NCBI RefSeq assembly: GCF_009914755.1
Contig: NC_060941.1
From: the human T2T-CHM13v2.0 reference genome, Homo sapiens
DNA length: 64,000 bases
Strand: one strand, 5' to 3'
The notes under the pieces were generated by a model. It saw only the letters and a program-made list of their open reading frames with translations. It made no database searches and was not told where the DNA came from. Shown piece after piece: positions 33,716 to 50,300 of this stretch (the stretch's first letter is position 1; the number at the start of each line of letters is the position of its first letter). The position numbers and the translations under genes were made by a program.

Positions 33716-33721
33716 TTTATT
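33716..33721 (-). terminator. Poly(A) signal AATAAA of the FBXW10-like terminal exon
   Basis: 30 nt after TAA, with U-rich downstream element (T run at 33670-33684 on minus strand). Confidence 0.75.
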
Positions 33722-33750
33722 GTAAAACACTGTAATTTCCCAAGGCTGGT

Positions 33751-34574
33751 TTAGATAAATACATTTTGTCCAAGTTCAGGGGCCGCTGTTTTCCCTTGCT
33801 TCGTGAAATTATCAATAGGCAGGCCTTTGATCTTCCTGATCCATGCAGCTTTGCTGGCTTTTCCTGGATCAACCACTCCAGTGGACTCCCTGGCCTGATA
33901 TTCCTTCATCTTGGCTTCCTGGTGCTCCTTCTCCTCCTTCACGGTCAACAGCACGAACTCAGCGTTCACTCTAAAAGGATCAAGGGCTGTATAGATGCGA
34001 GGCCGTTCTTTCTTAAGAGACAGGGTGGCTGTGCCCACTTGTGGAGCTAGCATGCGGTTTGGTTTAATGACCTGCATACTGGTCAGGGGACCCGTACTGC
34101 ACACAGCCCTTTCAATTGAACTGGTCACTTGGTCTCCACCCTTTAAGCTGCCAGAGAACCTGGAGCGGATAATCATGGGCTCGGGTATGGTGGACTGGGC
34201 TCTAGGACTGTGCAAAGAGATCTTCAAGTTGGGCTGCAGTTTCTGGATTTCAAGGGGAATACTGGTTCGTTTCACATCTATAGGAGGATTGCTCAATCTC
34301 AACCGATCAACTGCACGTTGGATTGATTTTCCTTTGAAATTCAAGACCTTCCTTGGGTATGAAATTGAAGGTCCCCAGACATCAGTAATTTCTGTTTGGG
34401 GCCTACAGGGATAGGCAAATTCCCCGGAATTACGGGCGTGCTGCAGGGCGCTAACAGTCAGGAGGAATTGGTCAGGTGACATAGGGATTTTCCAAGACTT
34501 TTTCTTTGGGTGACTGGGCAGTTTTCCAGGAGTTTCCAATTGTCCTTGTTTTTGTGCTTTCTCCGCATCATCTG
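33751..34574 (-). CDS. CDRT1: Orphaned FBXW10-like terminal exon (DAEKAQKQGQLETPGK...APELGQNVFI-stop); internal ATG at 34482 gives 243 aa
   Basis: ORF 33751..34539 matches the FBXW10 C-terminus as I recall it; AAGCAG tandem acceptor after a T-rich tract. Confidence 0.85.
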
Positions 34575-34749
34575 CTTTTTCAAAAAAAAGAAAATTTTAA
34601 AAAATCGGCGTTCTATGAAAAATATTAAGTACGTATGCATTAAGTACTTGGGCATTCAAACTTCGAAGCACATTGAGGTCTTTGTTGCCCAACAGGTATG
34701 CCATCATACAGGCAGGCACCCTGAGTGGTATTAGAAATGCTGATACTAG

Positions 34750-35081
<332 letters not shown>

Positions 35082-35207
35082 AATAAAACAAGTTTTTAAT
35101 AAAATGCTAGTATTGAGTAAAGAGTATATTAGCCTCTAAGTGTGCATATTTTGAATGCAACAGATGTGATTTCAATGCTACACATATTTTTGAAAATGTG
35201 AAGTTGA

Positions 35208-35504
35208 GGCCGGGCGCGGTGGCTCACGCCTGTAATCCCAGCACTTTGGGAGACCCAGGCGGGTGGATCACGAGGTCAGGCGATCCAGACCATCCTGGCT
35301 AACACGGTGAAACCCCGTCTCTACTAAAAATACAAAAAAATTAGCCGGGCGTGGTGGCAGGCGCCTGTAATCCTAGCTACTCAGGAGGCTGAGGCAGGAG
35401 AATCACTCGAACTCAGGAGGCAGAGGTTGCAGTGAGCCGAGACCACGCCACTGCACTCCAGCCTGGGCAACAGAGCGAGACTCCATCTCAAAAAAAAAAA
35501 AAAA
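35208..35504 (+). mobile_element. Alu without recognisable TSD
   Basis: Full dimer; flanks do not match. Confidence 0.93.
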
Positions 35505-35799
35505 CTGAGTGAAATCAAGATGTCAAAATCTTCCCTATTCTCCTTGCAAACTCAAAAAGAGAATTTTTCTCCTTTTATAAAAAAAGGAATTGTGATGAGC
35601 TCATTGTTTATTAATTTGTCTTTTTTCAAATGATAATGTATTGTGGATCTCTTTCCAAGTTAGTATATACAGATCCTCATCATACAATTTTTAGCTGTAT
35701 ATAATATTCCATACAATAGATTTTTCTATTACTTAGCCATTGCCCATTGATGGACATTAAGTTTGTTAATGGTCAACCTAGAAGAAAATGCAGACCCCA

Positions 35800-35920
35800 T
35801 TTTGGGAGGCTGGGGCAGGAGGATTGCTTGAGCCCTGGATTTGGAGGTTACAGTGAGCTATGATTGTACCACTGTACTCCAGCCTGGGGAACAGAGTGAA
35901 ATCCTGTCTCAGAGAAAAGA
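35800..35920 (+). mobile_element. Old Alu monomer fragment
   Basis: GGAGGATTGCTTGAGCCC..GTGAGCTATGATTG. Confidence 0.8.
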
Positions 35921-37279
35921 AGAATTCTAACCTGTTCATCTCATAACATTATTATGGATATAATAATAAGATCGCTAAAATCATGTAAATAAAAGTACAT
36001 TGTTAGGGAAGAGGTTTAAAACTATAGAGAATTATAGAGTTGTTTACAGAATTTGAATGTCTTTTTAAAATTTGCTTTAAACTATAATACTTGTCAGCTA
36101 ATAACATAAAAAAGAAATTCAAGTTATTTTCAAAGGATGGGGAGAAGTAAGCAAAAACACACGCTGAATAAGCAAACTCAGAGTGAAAACTGTGTTTCCA
36201 TTATGATTAAGTTGGTAGGCAAAAAATACTCAGTGGAAAGTAGAGTGGTGGGTTATTGAACCTTTCCCTCATACTATCATCATCGGAACACTTTTGTGGA
36301 GTGTTGTCTATGTAGAAAAGCGTGCTAGTTCCCAAGGTTGCAGAGAGGTAAATAACATGGTCTTCATTCTCTTGGAATCACGTCGAGGAGAAGGCAACAC
36401 ACGTGCATTAAAAGGACACTAAGTGTTGTCAAAGGTACATTTCACTCAACAAATGTGGTTTTTTAGTGCACATGCCAGCCAGGCATGGTGCTCGACCCTG
36501 GAGGTGCAGTGGTGACTAAGGCACACTTCTGTGTCTTGTGGGGTTCTGAGTCATGAAGCACCTCATATGTGTGTAATGTGCTAAATACTACAAGGACAGG
36601 CCCAGTGTGACGTGGGAGCACAAAGAGAAGTATCTACCTCAAACTGAGGAGACCAAGGATTACTTCTCAGGGAATGCGTCTTGAAGCTGAGAACCAGAGG
36701 TTGAGTAAGAAATAAGCCATTCTGCCTGTTCCCTGCTGAGCTCTTGTTTCTGTTCCTTCCTCCTCCACCTACTCTAGTTTGGTGGTCCTTAATCTCCTCC
36801 TCATCTCACTTCCCTGCATTTGCTACACTCCACACTGTCTGTACCTCCAACCCAGATTGCTTTTCTGAGCCTAGTTCCTCTGAAAATCTATTGGGCTGCC
36901 CCTGCAGGCAGCTCACATTTTGTGTGTATTCACCCCAATTCACTTTCTTTCCCAAATCTTTTTCCTTAATACCTTAATTTATGTTCCAAAGTCAGGCACC
37001 TATAAGCCATCCTAGGCACTCTTTTTCTGTTATCTCCTTCATCTGATTACTCAACAGATTGTGTCTTTTCAACCCCCTGATTTACCCTGAAATCTGTGCC
37101 CTCTCACCTCAGTGCTTTAGCTTCAGCCCATCATCGGTTTTGCGTGGGTTATTACAGCACATCCCAGCTGACTTCTCTGCCTTCTTCCTAACCCTCCTTC
37201 CATCTGTCTTCCACTCAACTGGCAGATAGGTCTTCCGTAAGTGATCACTGTTTCACCAAACATATTTAAGACAAAACAC

Positions 37280-38225
<946 letters not shown>

Positions 38226-38814
38226 GGCACCATTTTCAATACTATATTACAGAGGTGAACAAAACAGAAAAATTCTTGCTATCGTGGAGCTTGCATGCTA
38301 GCCATTATACCTGGCAGGTAGCTAATGCTTAATAATGGATGGATGGACAGGTGGATGGATGATAAGAGAAAGAAATGACCTCCTAGGTGGGAGAAATACA
38401 GAAGTAAAGATACCAAAGAAGGAATACATGGCATCTGCTGTCAAGGCGATGAGAAGGCCATTCGGACAGGAGTGGAGAATGAGCGAAGAGACAAAATGAA
38501 CATCAAGATAGAGAGACACGCTGTAGACCTTGACAGACAGACAGACTTTGGATAGGTAGAGAATGAAGCAAAGACCATGTCAGGCAAGGTGAACATGGTG
38601 AGCAAAAATGCAAAGATGGGAGTGCAAAATATATGTGTAAGGATAAAAACAGGCAACCTGGCCAGCTGTAGAGGGAAGGATGTATATAGGAGAATTGTGA
38701 GGAAGTAAAACTGGGAAGAGGTTAAGGAAAATGTACAGACCAGACTACACTGTGAAGGCTGTTCTATAGGAACTGGACCTTGGTCAGTGTTGTTCTGGAG
38801 CTCCTGACTAGTAT

Positions 38815-40375
<1,561 letters not shown>

Positions 40376-43300
40376 TCTGTTTTAGACTAGATTTTCAGAG
40401 CACTTGGTTTTTCCTTGGGGAATAGAATGTTGTAGAACATAAGATTTTGGGGTCCGACTGCCTGGAATCAAAGCCTAGCTCCTCCGCCTGCTTCACCATG
40501 CAACCCTGACCATATTACTAAACTTCTCTGAGGCTCTGTTTCCTCGCCTATAAAATGAGGTTCGTGCCTTCCACCTCATAGAGTTATGTGAGAAAACGAC
40601 TGTTCTTATAAAGCCGTCAGTAAATGATACTGCTGTCATCATTGTTACTACTTTTTTCAGAATTGTGTCCTCAGCATCTCTGGATGTTACACTCTGTGCT
40701 AAATGCTGGAATATGACCAGCATGACCTGATCCCTGCCTTCATTCCCGTCCGGTGGGGAAGGTAGAACTTTAGCCAGTGAACAGTTGAGCTCTAAAAGAT
40801 CATTCTAGGTGGGCATCAATGGTGCCAAGAAAAGAGACAGAATGATAATACAGAACAATTGGGAGAGAGCACTCCAGAGCGGGAAGGCACTGGGAGGGAG
40901 TGGATTGGAGTTGAGAACTGAAGGAGAGTGATGCAGAGATCTGGGGGAACGTACGGTGGCCAGAGTGGGCTTCTACCTGACACTATAAATAGAAAGGCCA
41001 GTGTGGTGAGAACATAATGAACAAGGGGCAGGGTGGCACAAGATGAAGACAGAAGGGCTGGAACTCCATGTGCAGTGGGAGAAGCCAGAAATGAGTTGTA
41101 CAAATGGGGCTGGTGTGATCAGATTTAGGTTAAAAGAACCCCTCAGCTGCCTGGGTAAAATAGACCATAGAATCCCAGGAGAGAGACTTGGGGCAGCTCC
41201 TGGCATGACTTGATGATAGCTTGGACCAGGGTGGTCACAGCAGAAGTGAAGTTCTGCTGTTACTCAGCTCAAAATTCAGGCTGGCTACCATTGCCTACTC
41301 TTCTCTGAAACGTTCCCGTCTCTATTGCCTATGTGTATCTTCACCTTTGTTACAGTGCTATAGCTCTGTCTACCTGTAATTCATTATAAGGGAGAGGAGC
41401 AGAGGTGACATTAGAATGTAATCCCAGAGAAGGTGCAGCTCCCCTGTTCAGTCAAATCCTCACAGCCAGCACCAACAGAAATACATTTCTGTTTAGCCAG
41501 GCTGCCGATGCTTGTAGCATGAAGAATAATAGAGTAAACCCCACAGGGAAACAGAACCCCATAGAATTCTCCACCTCTCCTCTACTGAGAGTCTCCTTAA
41601 AGGCGGAATGGTTTGAATGCCCAGCCATCTAAATATAGGCTTTTCTTTTGTTCCCTCTTAATTTAACTGAGTGATTCTCAAACTCTAGTGAACACAGTCA
41701 TTATTTTCCAGAATTGTACATACATAACCTTCCATGTACTTTATGGATGAGTTCAGGGGATTTTAAAGGATAATTTTGAATGTAATATAGTTTCACCTTA
41801 GGGCTGACCTAAATAAACTGAATAAACTGCAGCTCCACTGTTTCAAGAAATTGAAAATGCATCTGGTCCTAATACAGCTTTGAGTGCCAGTCTTGGTGCT
41901 GCTTGCCTGTTTGTTACTGAGCTCCCTTTTGTCTATGTTGTTTCAAATGATGGAGAAAGTGACCTTGAATATATGTAATAAACAAGGAATAGTAAGATAA
42001 TTGGCTGTTTTTGAAATAGTTACAGTAAAAACCCTTTGCATTTTAAGCAACATAGACATTTTCTATAATTTTTTTTTGCAAATCAAAGGGGAAAATGTTT
42101 ATAGCTAAAATACCATTTAATGAGAACAAAATCAATGCAATGACATTGTCATTTGTTTCATTTTCCCAAGGAGAATACAGAGGACAGTACTTAAGTTTTA
42201 GTTATGTTGATTGCTTGTGTGAAATGCTGATTCCTGCCAGCAGTCGCCAGGTGTCTCTCACGCTGCTGGGAGAGGAATGTCTCGTCTTCTTCATCTGGTT
42301 GCCTCCGTCACTGTTCTAGGGGCTTCTGGCACTGGTGCAAGGCAGAGCTGTGCTTCCTTGAGAGTGTGCCAAGCATTTACTTTGGTTATTTAGTTCTAGT
42401 CTGGGAGCAGACACAAAAGGAAAAAAAAGAAAATACCAACTCCATGTGTCTGAGGTATCACTTATAGTTTAAAAAAAATGATTGTCTTATCATGTTTGGG
42501 AAAATACTGGTCTTCCTGTTTTCCTCCTATTTAAATTCATCCTAAAACTTCCAGGGACACAAGAAATTATTAGCTATTTTGACCATCCATTCCAGAAAAG
42601 ATGGTGGCCTTACAATAATTGCAAGTGGTTAATAGAAACATCCTTTTACAGCTTCTATTTACCAAATGTAGTTCCTGTGGAAGCACTTGACCCCGTGGCT
42701 TTCTGCTTTTTATGTCAGCTCTGGGGCCTTTATGATAGAATTATTTATCAGAGTCTTTAATGGCTCGGGGCCACTTGATGAACTTGAGTACACTGTACAT
42801 CACATCACTTAGGAAGCATCCCAGATGCTCATGGATAAATCTAGAGTCGTGGTGCATTTGGCTAAAGAGCTCCTGCATGTGAGGAAGTCTGGAGAAAAGT
42901 GCTCCAGAGGGGTCACAATGGAGCTGTGTTAACCTCTGTTGTCAGCTTCTCACCACGGAGTTTATCCCTATTACTTGGAGCCAAACCACTGCATCTGTTC
43001 TCCTTAGGCTGTGTCAGCGCAGCCACCTCACAGCCTCAGGGACCCACGGCTTCCATTCTGGATACTCACACTGGTAAGTGGGACTTGGCAGAGGCCAAAT
43101 CAAGTAGTTTGTTTCTGACACCTCTGAGCCCATTTCTTTGCCAGTTTTATATCATCACTAGTAACTCCCTTCCCTGTACCTCTTACACATCACACAGGCA
43201 GCCAGTGTCCTTGAACACCTTCCACTTAACGAAGCTGCATATCTGCTTGCAACACTCGTCCTAATAGGATAAAAGGATTAAGTAGTTTTAGGGTGGCCAA

Positions 43301-46300
43301 GAGGAGGGGACAGCAGGAGACAAGTGGTTAAAAGTGAATGTTCCCAATATTTCTTCTAAAATATACCTCAGTTCTTCTCAGGAGGATAAAACTAGGTGTT
43401 TTGCCCTAGCAGATTATAGCTGCCAGAGTCTAACACTTATTTTGGAATGTTTCCGGGGGTCCTTGGGACCCCTTTTCTGTCTTATGGTCTTCCGTGCTGT
43501 AAGACCTGGAGACCAACTGGCCTGAATGGAGGTTGTGGGGCCTGAGGGCTCTCCCGGCACCTCTGCCAGCCCTGTCGCCTCATTGGTTCCTTCTCTTCTG
43601 ACTTCATATTTGACAGGTTGTCCTTCTGTCTTAGACAAAAATCTATTAAATTCGCTGCTCCATCCAGTTACTCTTCTATTTCTCCTCTTTGTAGCCGACT
43701 TCTGGAAAGGGTGGCCTGCTCACCACTTCACTAGTTGCAGCTCAGCTTCCAGCCTCACCATTCATCTCTGCTTTTCTCTGTACTTTCACTGCATTTTTCT
43801 CTCTGCATGGCGGCCCTTCCAACCGCTCTTCACTTAAATGGACTCATATCAAAATGGCAACCTCAGCCTTAGCCCCTAGGTCCTCCAGCTGAGTTCCCTG
43901 TCCCAATTCCAAATCTTTATGAGAGAAAATTTGATTGCTCCAGCTTGGGCCTGATAGTTCCATTTCCCTGGGGCAAAGGAAAGGGTTATAAGGACAATTA
44001 AGCATTAGGGATGGGAATGGGAGGACAAAAGTACTTAAGGCAAAGGGAAGGATCCAGGGCAGCTTCCACGGGACTTTACGTGGCACTTGGCCAGATGTGT
44101 ATCTAAAGCTATGATTCTGCTTTGTAACTTTCTAGCTATAATCCACCTCCCCAACTTTCAACAAACACATTATGTCAAATTCTTTCTGTGTGTTATAATT
44201 AAAGCCAAAGAGATTCTTAATATTTACCAAGTCTTAATTTCGCTTCAGAGATGTGTTTCCTAGTTCGGTTAAAATTGGAGTTTCTGTTCATGTTCTCCTT
44301 GTTTTCAGAGAAGACAGAGAGATGTAGACACCGTTCATCTACTATCTTTTATCAAACCTGAGGTCCTTCAGACTTATATTTTTAAGGTATCTTATATATA
44401 TATTTTTAGTGATATCCTTTTTGCTGGTCTATCCTAATTTAATATTTCTTAAGGACGTCAAGGCCTACTGTTTCTTTTAAATATTTTAGAATCAAATAAT
44501 TATTTTCTTTAATTCATCAAGAGTGTATTGATCACCTGTAATGTACAAGCACTGTCAGTTTTGTTTTTATAATGCTCAAAGTTTTATAATCTGGGTGAAA
44601 AACTAGCCACATGTATAAAATGCTTAACAGACAGCATAAGGCAGCCCAGAAATATGTGTTGAATGAAATGAATAGATCAGTACAAACAAGAATTTCTCTG
44701 GAAAGTCAGACAAAGAAGAAGGACAGAGTGGACAGTGAAAGCTTCCTGCAGGCGGAGCCAGGACTGGGCCTTTCTTCTTGTTATTTCAGAGACATCTGTA
44801 TTTTGATTATGTCTCTTTTGAATTATCTATTTTCCAGCTTGGTGACGCTGACAGGGAAATAATACATGTCAGCATTAGTTTTTCCAACTTAATGGATCAG
44901 ATGAGAGTGATCCATAACATGTAAGCTTTAGGTGTGGGCTGTAAGCAGGAGAGATTGCACGATAAGAGCAGAGCAAAAGGTTATTTAGAGAGGATAAATT
45001 AAAACACTTGGAATTGGGGTCAGTCAATACCTGGTTTTGAAATGAATGATGAAGATGGAGTTTTAGAAATGAAATGAATGGATTGTTTGGTTGGCATTAT
45101 TAACTTAAAGAACAGGGTTTAGCTTAAGTATTATAGGGCTTTACAGGAGACATTTTTCAAATTTACTGAGGGTTTTACCAGTAAGCACTTAAGCAAATGT
45201 AAACATTTTGTGGGCTGCAGGGGAGCTGTGGATATTATTCATCACCCAGGCACACTAGTCTAGCAGACGGGTACCCAGCCAGGCTAAAGCTCTGCAGAGT
45301 TTCTAAGGGTTGTTATGATTAGTCTCTTGGTGTGTATATATTGCTAATGTAATAAGAACATAAACATTTTATAAGTATAGAAATTTCTTTTTTTTTAGTG
45401 TTAACCAGTGAAGTGGCAGGAAGAACAAATTTGGCCTCAACTTAATAATAGTGGTGTTAATGTAGAGAACTTGTTCTTAAAATAAAACTGTTCTCTATTA
45501 ACCATGGTATGAAGAGTTCACAAAAACTTTTTGTACATATTGTCATGCTTAGTCATTACAATGGTTGAACAAGAGGAACACTGCTGGGATTTTCTGAAAG
45601 TTACACTCCCTTCTCTCATCATGAGAAAAAAGAAAGCATTTGTGACTATTTTCAAGCGTTGTGAGCTGTGACAGTATTCCTAGGGATGAAGGATTCTTCT
45701 GTTCTCATCTCCCTTTTATAATCAGAAAATGCCCAGATATTCTAATAAATATGAATATGAAGAGTTAACTGTCATAGTAACTTAGTCTCTATCACTTGTA
45801 GCCAATTAAAACATATGTTTTAGGAGCAAATATCTTTTACTAATAATCTAGGGTCATTTTGCCTAATGTCTCTTCACTTTGATTCCTCTCTTTTCACGTA
45901 AGACGATGTGAAAAGATGGGACACAATTAAATGCTGTTTTCATTGGTTGGTGTTAGATGAGTGGAAGTCATACCATAGCGTTCTCTCTTTTGCATGGTTT
46001 GTAAAGGTTCATTCGGGCACCATTCTTAAGTTCAGAGAATATAAAGATGAATAGTGCAAAGTCACTTCACTGAAAAAACACAGCATAAGGGGATGGGCAG
46101 CCATGGCAGCAGCTCATGTTAGCATGAGGTCTAAGAAGTGCTGTGAGAGCTTGGGAACAGACATGGAGACCAACCATGTGGAGGGGCTCAGGAAGGTGAG
46201 AACAGAGAGAGAAAATGTCCTTGGAGGAGTTTTTTGATGTCTAAGCTGAGTCTTAGAGGATGAGTAAGAGATGGCCATACAAAAGATGGAGAGAAGTGTT

Positions 46301-47261
46301 TCAGGGGGCAAGGGGGCCAATTCTAGGGCAAAGGAGCTAGATGCACAGTTAATTAGACACGTTCACAGAACAGATCAGAGATGGCAAAATAATGGCCAAT
46401 AGACCAAATCCTGAAGAAGCATTTTTTGTTTGGCCTGCTGTGCCAGGCTGGTCCTTGTAGATGTCTGCATTTGTAAACATGGTCCCTGGCCAAAGGTCCT
46501 GGTCCCAAGGGGCAGGTAAGGAGATGGAGTAAGAGGTCAGCACTATACCTCCGGGTAGCTGCACGTGCACGCAGCTGCCAGTCTCCAAAGCAGCAGAGAT
46601 GGATAGTTTTATTTCCCAGCTTCATTCTTTATAAATTGTGTTTTATTTAAGCTTTTCAAAGACTCTTTAAAATTCATTGACCCTATTTGGTGCAGGTGAA
46701 CAAAGCTATTTTTTAAGTAGAGTCCTATAAATTAAAAATAAGGAGGCAGATCAGAGAATTCAACTATCTGGCTCAATCAGGAGAAAGGAAAGGTATGTGT
46801 CTGTCACGTGGCAGGCATTGGGTGTTATGGGATCCAGGAGTAATGGAGGGATTCAGTAGTTGGTCCCTGCCCTCAAGAAATTAGAAAAACAGACTAAGAG
46901 ATTGGACTACAATGCTGGAAACTCTGATTTTCGTAGCTGGGACAATAGGAATCACTCCTCCTTAAAAATTCCTAAGTCTTTGTACAAATTACCCTTAATT
47001 TAAGATGAATTGGTGTAGCATAATTCAGGGGTCACCACGTACTCCCCTCTGAATAAGAAGGCTGAATCTCAGTGGTCAGCAATGAGGGAGATTCATTTTG
47101 GTATTTTTTTCTTTTTTATTTTATAGGCAATCTTTCTTCTCTTCCTTCTAGATTAACAGGATTCTTTCAGTCAGCTTTCAAAACTCATTCAGTGTAGATC
47201 TGGTTTGTTTTCTTCCTTGAAAAAAATTATTAATATAATACCACAGTCTCTGCACCGAACA

Positions 47262-47394
47262 TCATGATGCATGCCTATAATCGCAGCTACTCAGGAGGCT
47301 GAGGTGGGAGAATCACTTGACACCAAGAGTTTGAGCATTTTTTAGAGATGGGACCCCATTTCTTAAAATAAATAAATAAATAAATAAATAAAAA
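47262..47394 (+). mobile_element. Old Alu monomer fragment with (TAAA)n tail
   Basis: CAGCTACTCAGGAGGCTGAGGTGGGAG. Confidence 0.8.
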
Positions 47395-50300
47395 GGTGTC
47401 TGTGTGTGTGAAACCACAATCTCCACGTTCTGAATGTAATTATGCCAAATATATTTTCTTCTTACATTCTTTGCATTTCTTTTAAACATGTTTTAAAATT
47501 TAATTTTCTTTTAAAATAGGTTTTGTTTTCCCATTTTCTTCACAATTTCCTTAAGTTCTGAATTTACATCAGTCATCTGCCACTCTACAATATCTATAAC
47601 TTGAGACATGTTCAGAAATAGAAAACTCCTAAATAAGATTCTGGGGAGACATTTTCAAAACAGTTTTCTGTAGAGGCTTTCTCCAGAAACTCATTTCCAA
47701 GCTCCAATGTGGGATTTACACAGGAAATTAAAGTTAAATTGTCTTGATTTGATTAAGGTTTTGCATTTTCTTTTGTTTTTGAAGAAAGGATATTTTATTT
47801 TGTAATTTCAAAGTCATTTATTGTGGAAGAATGACCAAGAAGTATGAAATTAATTTTTGTCTAAACTAATTACCTGCAGAGCTGCTCAAAATATAAAGCT
47901 TTCTTGACTTAACATTTCATAGGCTTCTCTGAGACATTACTTAACAGAAAGGCCACATTTTTCCAGGAAGTTATTTAAAAGTCAGGTAATTTAAATTACA
48001 TTTATTAAGTGCAATAAATAGGCACCAAATTAAAGCTTGTTTCTCTCTTATTTGTTCTTAATTTCTGTAGAAAATTATACTTTCGTAGAGCTATGTAGGG
48101 GCTGATGTTTAGTAAACAAAACAATGTTATATTTAAAAAGGAGAAAAAAATAATTCATAGAAATGTGTGGACCAATTTTTCCCCACTCTCAATCCATCAG
48201 TTTCTTTTCTACAGTAGCCTTGGGCAGGAAAGGCAGAGGTAGAAAAATCTCAAGCAGTGATGCTCAGTAGAAAGACATCTTAATTTAAAATGTAATTCAG
48301 TTTTGTATATGAGTTTTGAAATAAATCATCATTCAACCCTCAGCATGAACCATGAACCGATTTGCATGCGTGAGTGAATGAATATAAAAGAATTTTTTTG
48401 TTCAAGAAAATTAGTCTTTTTCTGACCACCCCCATCAAATAGTGCTGTTTTTCTTATTCACACATTTATTCTGTGTTGTTGAAAAGTAGAACTTTTTTTG
48501 CAATATTATCACACCCTGTTCAACTCTATTTCAGATTGTTCTTATATAAATTCAATCCAGCAAGAATCACTCACAGAGATTATTAATTCCTCTGTTCTTA
48601 ATAAAAGGCCATTACAGCTACTGTTGCAGCAGTGCAAGAGCACCAACGTTTAAAAAACATGTTTTGTATGTGATCAATCTAGCTTTTCAATATACCGCTT
48701 TTTGTAATTTGGTATAATAAAATTAAATTGTAAGTAAAATTAAAATTGAAGATAAAAATAGTGGTATATTCATAAGTCTTTATAAGTCTGACAAAATAAA
48801 TCAGGGGAAACAATTTATGGCAAGTTTATCAGCCCCTCCCTCCAGCTCTATTTAAATAGGTCCTTCCTATTTAAATTATTCTGTCTTATTTCATCTGTTC
48901 TTTCTTGTAGCTGATTTTACAATTGGAGAGTTCACGGTAGTTACATGTGTTTGTTTAAGGTCTGTCTTCCTTTCTAGACTAAACTCTTGCTGTTTTGTTC
49001 ACTGCTGTACAGCTACACTTAGCATAGTGGCTATCTAGGCAATGAGAAATTTTAATGAATGAATGAATGAACAAGTCAACACTATGTGCTCATTTAACAA
49101 GCACTTTTTAAGTGCTTTATTTACATCATTGTATTTAATTCTTAAGACAACTCTATAATACCTCCCATCTTACAGATGAAGAATCTAAGGCCAACAGATT
49201 AAATAATTTGCTCAAGATCACACGGCTAAACAAGTAGAAACCCGCCTTCCCTATTGTCTTTTTATTGAGCCTTTACCTAAGCAAGTTTGACTTGAAAGTT
49301 TCAGTCTTGCCATTGAAAGAGCCATAATACACCCTTTCAGTTGAGGAAACCAAGGACCAGAGAGGTTAAATAAGTTACCCACTTTTAAATAACTAGTTAA
49401 CTTCAGAGTCAGAACTAGAATGCAGACCACCTGATCCTACTCAGCATGCTTAGTTATGGTTCCATGAGGAAACCAGAATTTAGCACTAATAATAAAAAGT
49501 ATTAAAGTATTTTTAAAACATATTTCTTATGAAAAATCCCAACAGATGGAATAGTAGAGCTCACTCTACAGTGGACCCTCAACATACTCATGGCCCAGAA
49601 TCAACAACTATCAAGACTTTTACCACACTTGCTCCATCTTGCCCTTTAAGTACTTTTAATGATCAAAACACTTGTAGCTGTATGATTAAATTAAAACAAA
49701 GTAGATAGTGCAGGTAAGTCAGAAGTCTAAGGATATATCCAAAGTTCCTCTGCTAATTGATAACAGAGCTAGTTCACAGCCCTCTGTTCTTCCACTAGAA
49801 CATGCCAAGAGATATATAATGAAAGACAACTGAAAGTGGGTGACCTAACCAGGCCGGCCGCAGTCAGCACTGGAGTGGAGCGGCTTATGTTGGCTCAGCA
49901 TATGTAGCTTGGCCAGATGGGGACCAGCATCACATTGGTAATGGTATAGTAGTTATCAAATCTCAGAGAGCTTCCAGACCACGTGGATTCCTAACAAGTT
50001 CCCAGGTGATGCTGATGGTCCAGGAGCCACACTTAGAATCATGGTGTGGAGGATCTACCCAGAAATTCCAATGAGGCCCTCTTTCCTAAGGTAACTGAGC
50101 CCAGAGACACCCAAGAAGGCCAGCTTAGCCTTTCTTCTCCTCATCTTGCTTCTAGAAACCAGATGTCAGAATAACACTTGAACTGGAAGCAAACTGCTAA
50201 GGAATTTAAATGATAAAAAGGAGAAAAAGGACTAATAAAAAAAACATATTTCACAAAAAATTTAAATATTGAATAAATTATGAAAGGAGAAAACTCAGGT

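Noticed and set aside
33766-34414. Plus-strand ORFs of 94 and 139 aa
   Set aside because: Shadow frames antisense to the FBXW10-like exon
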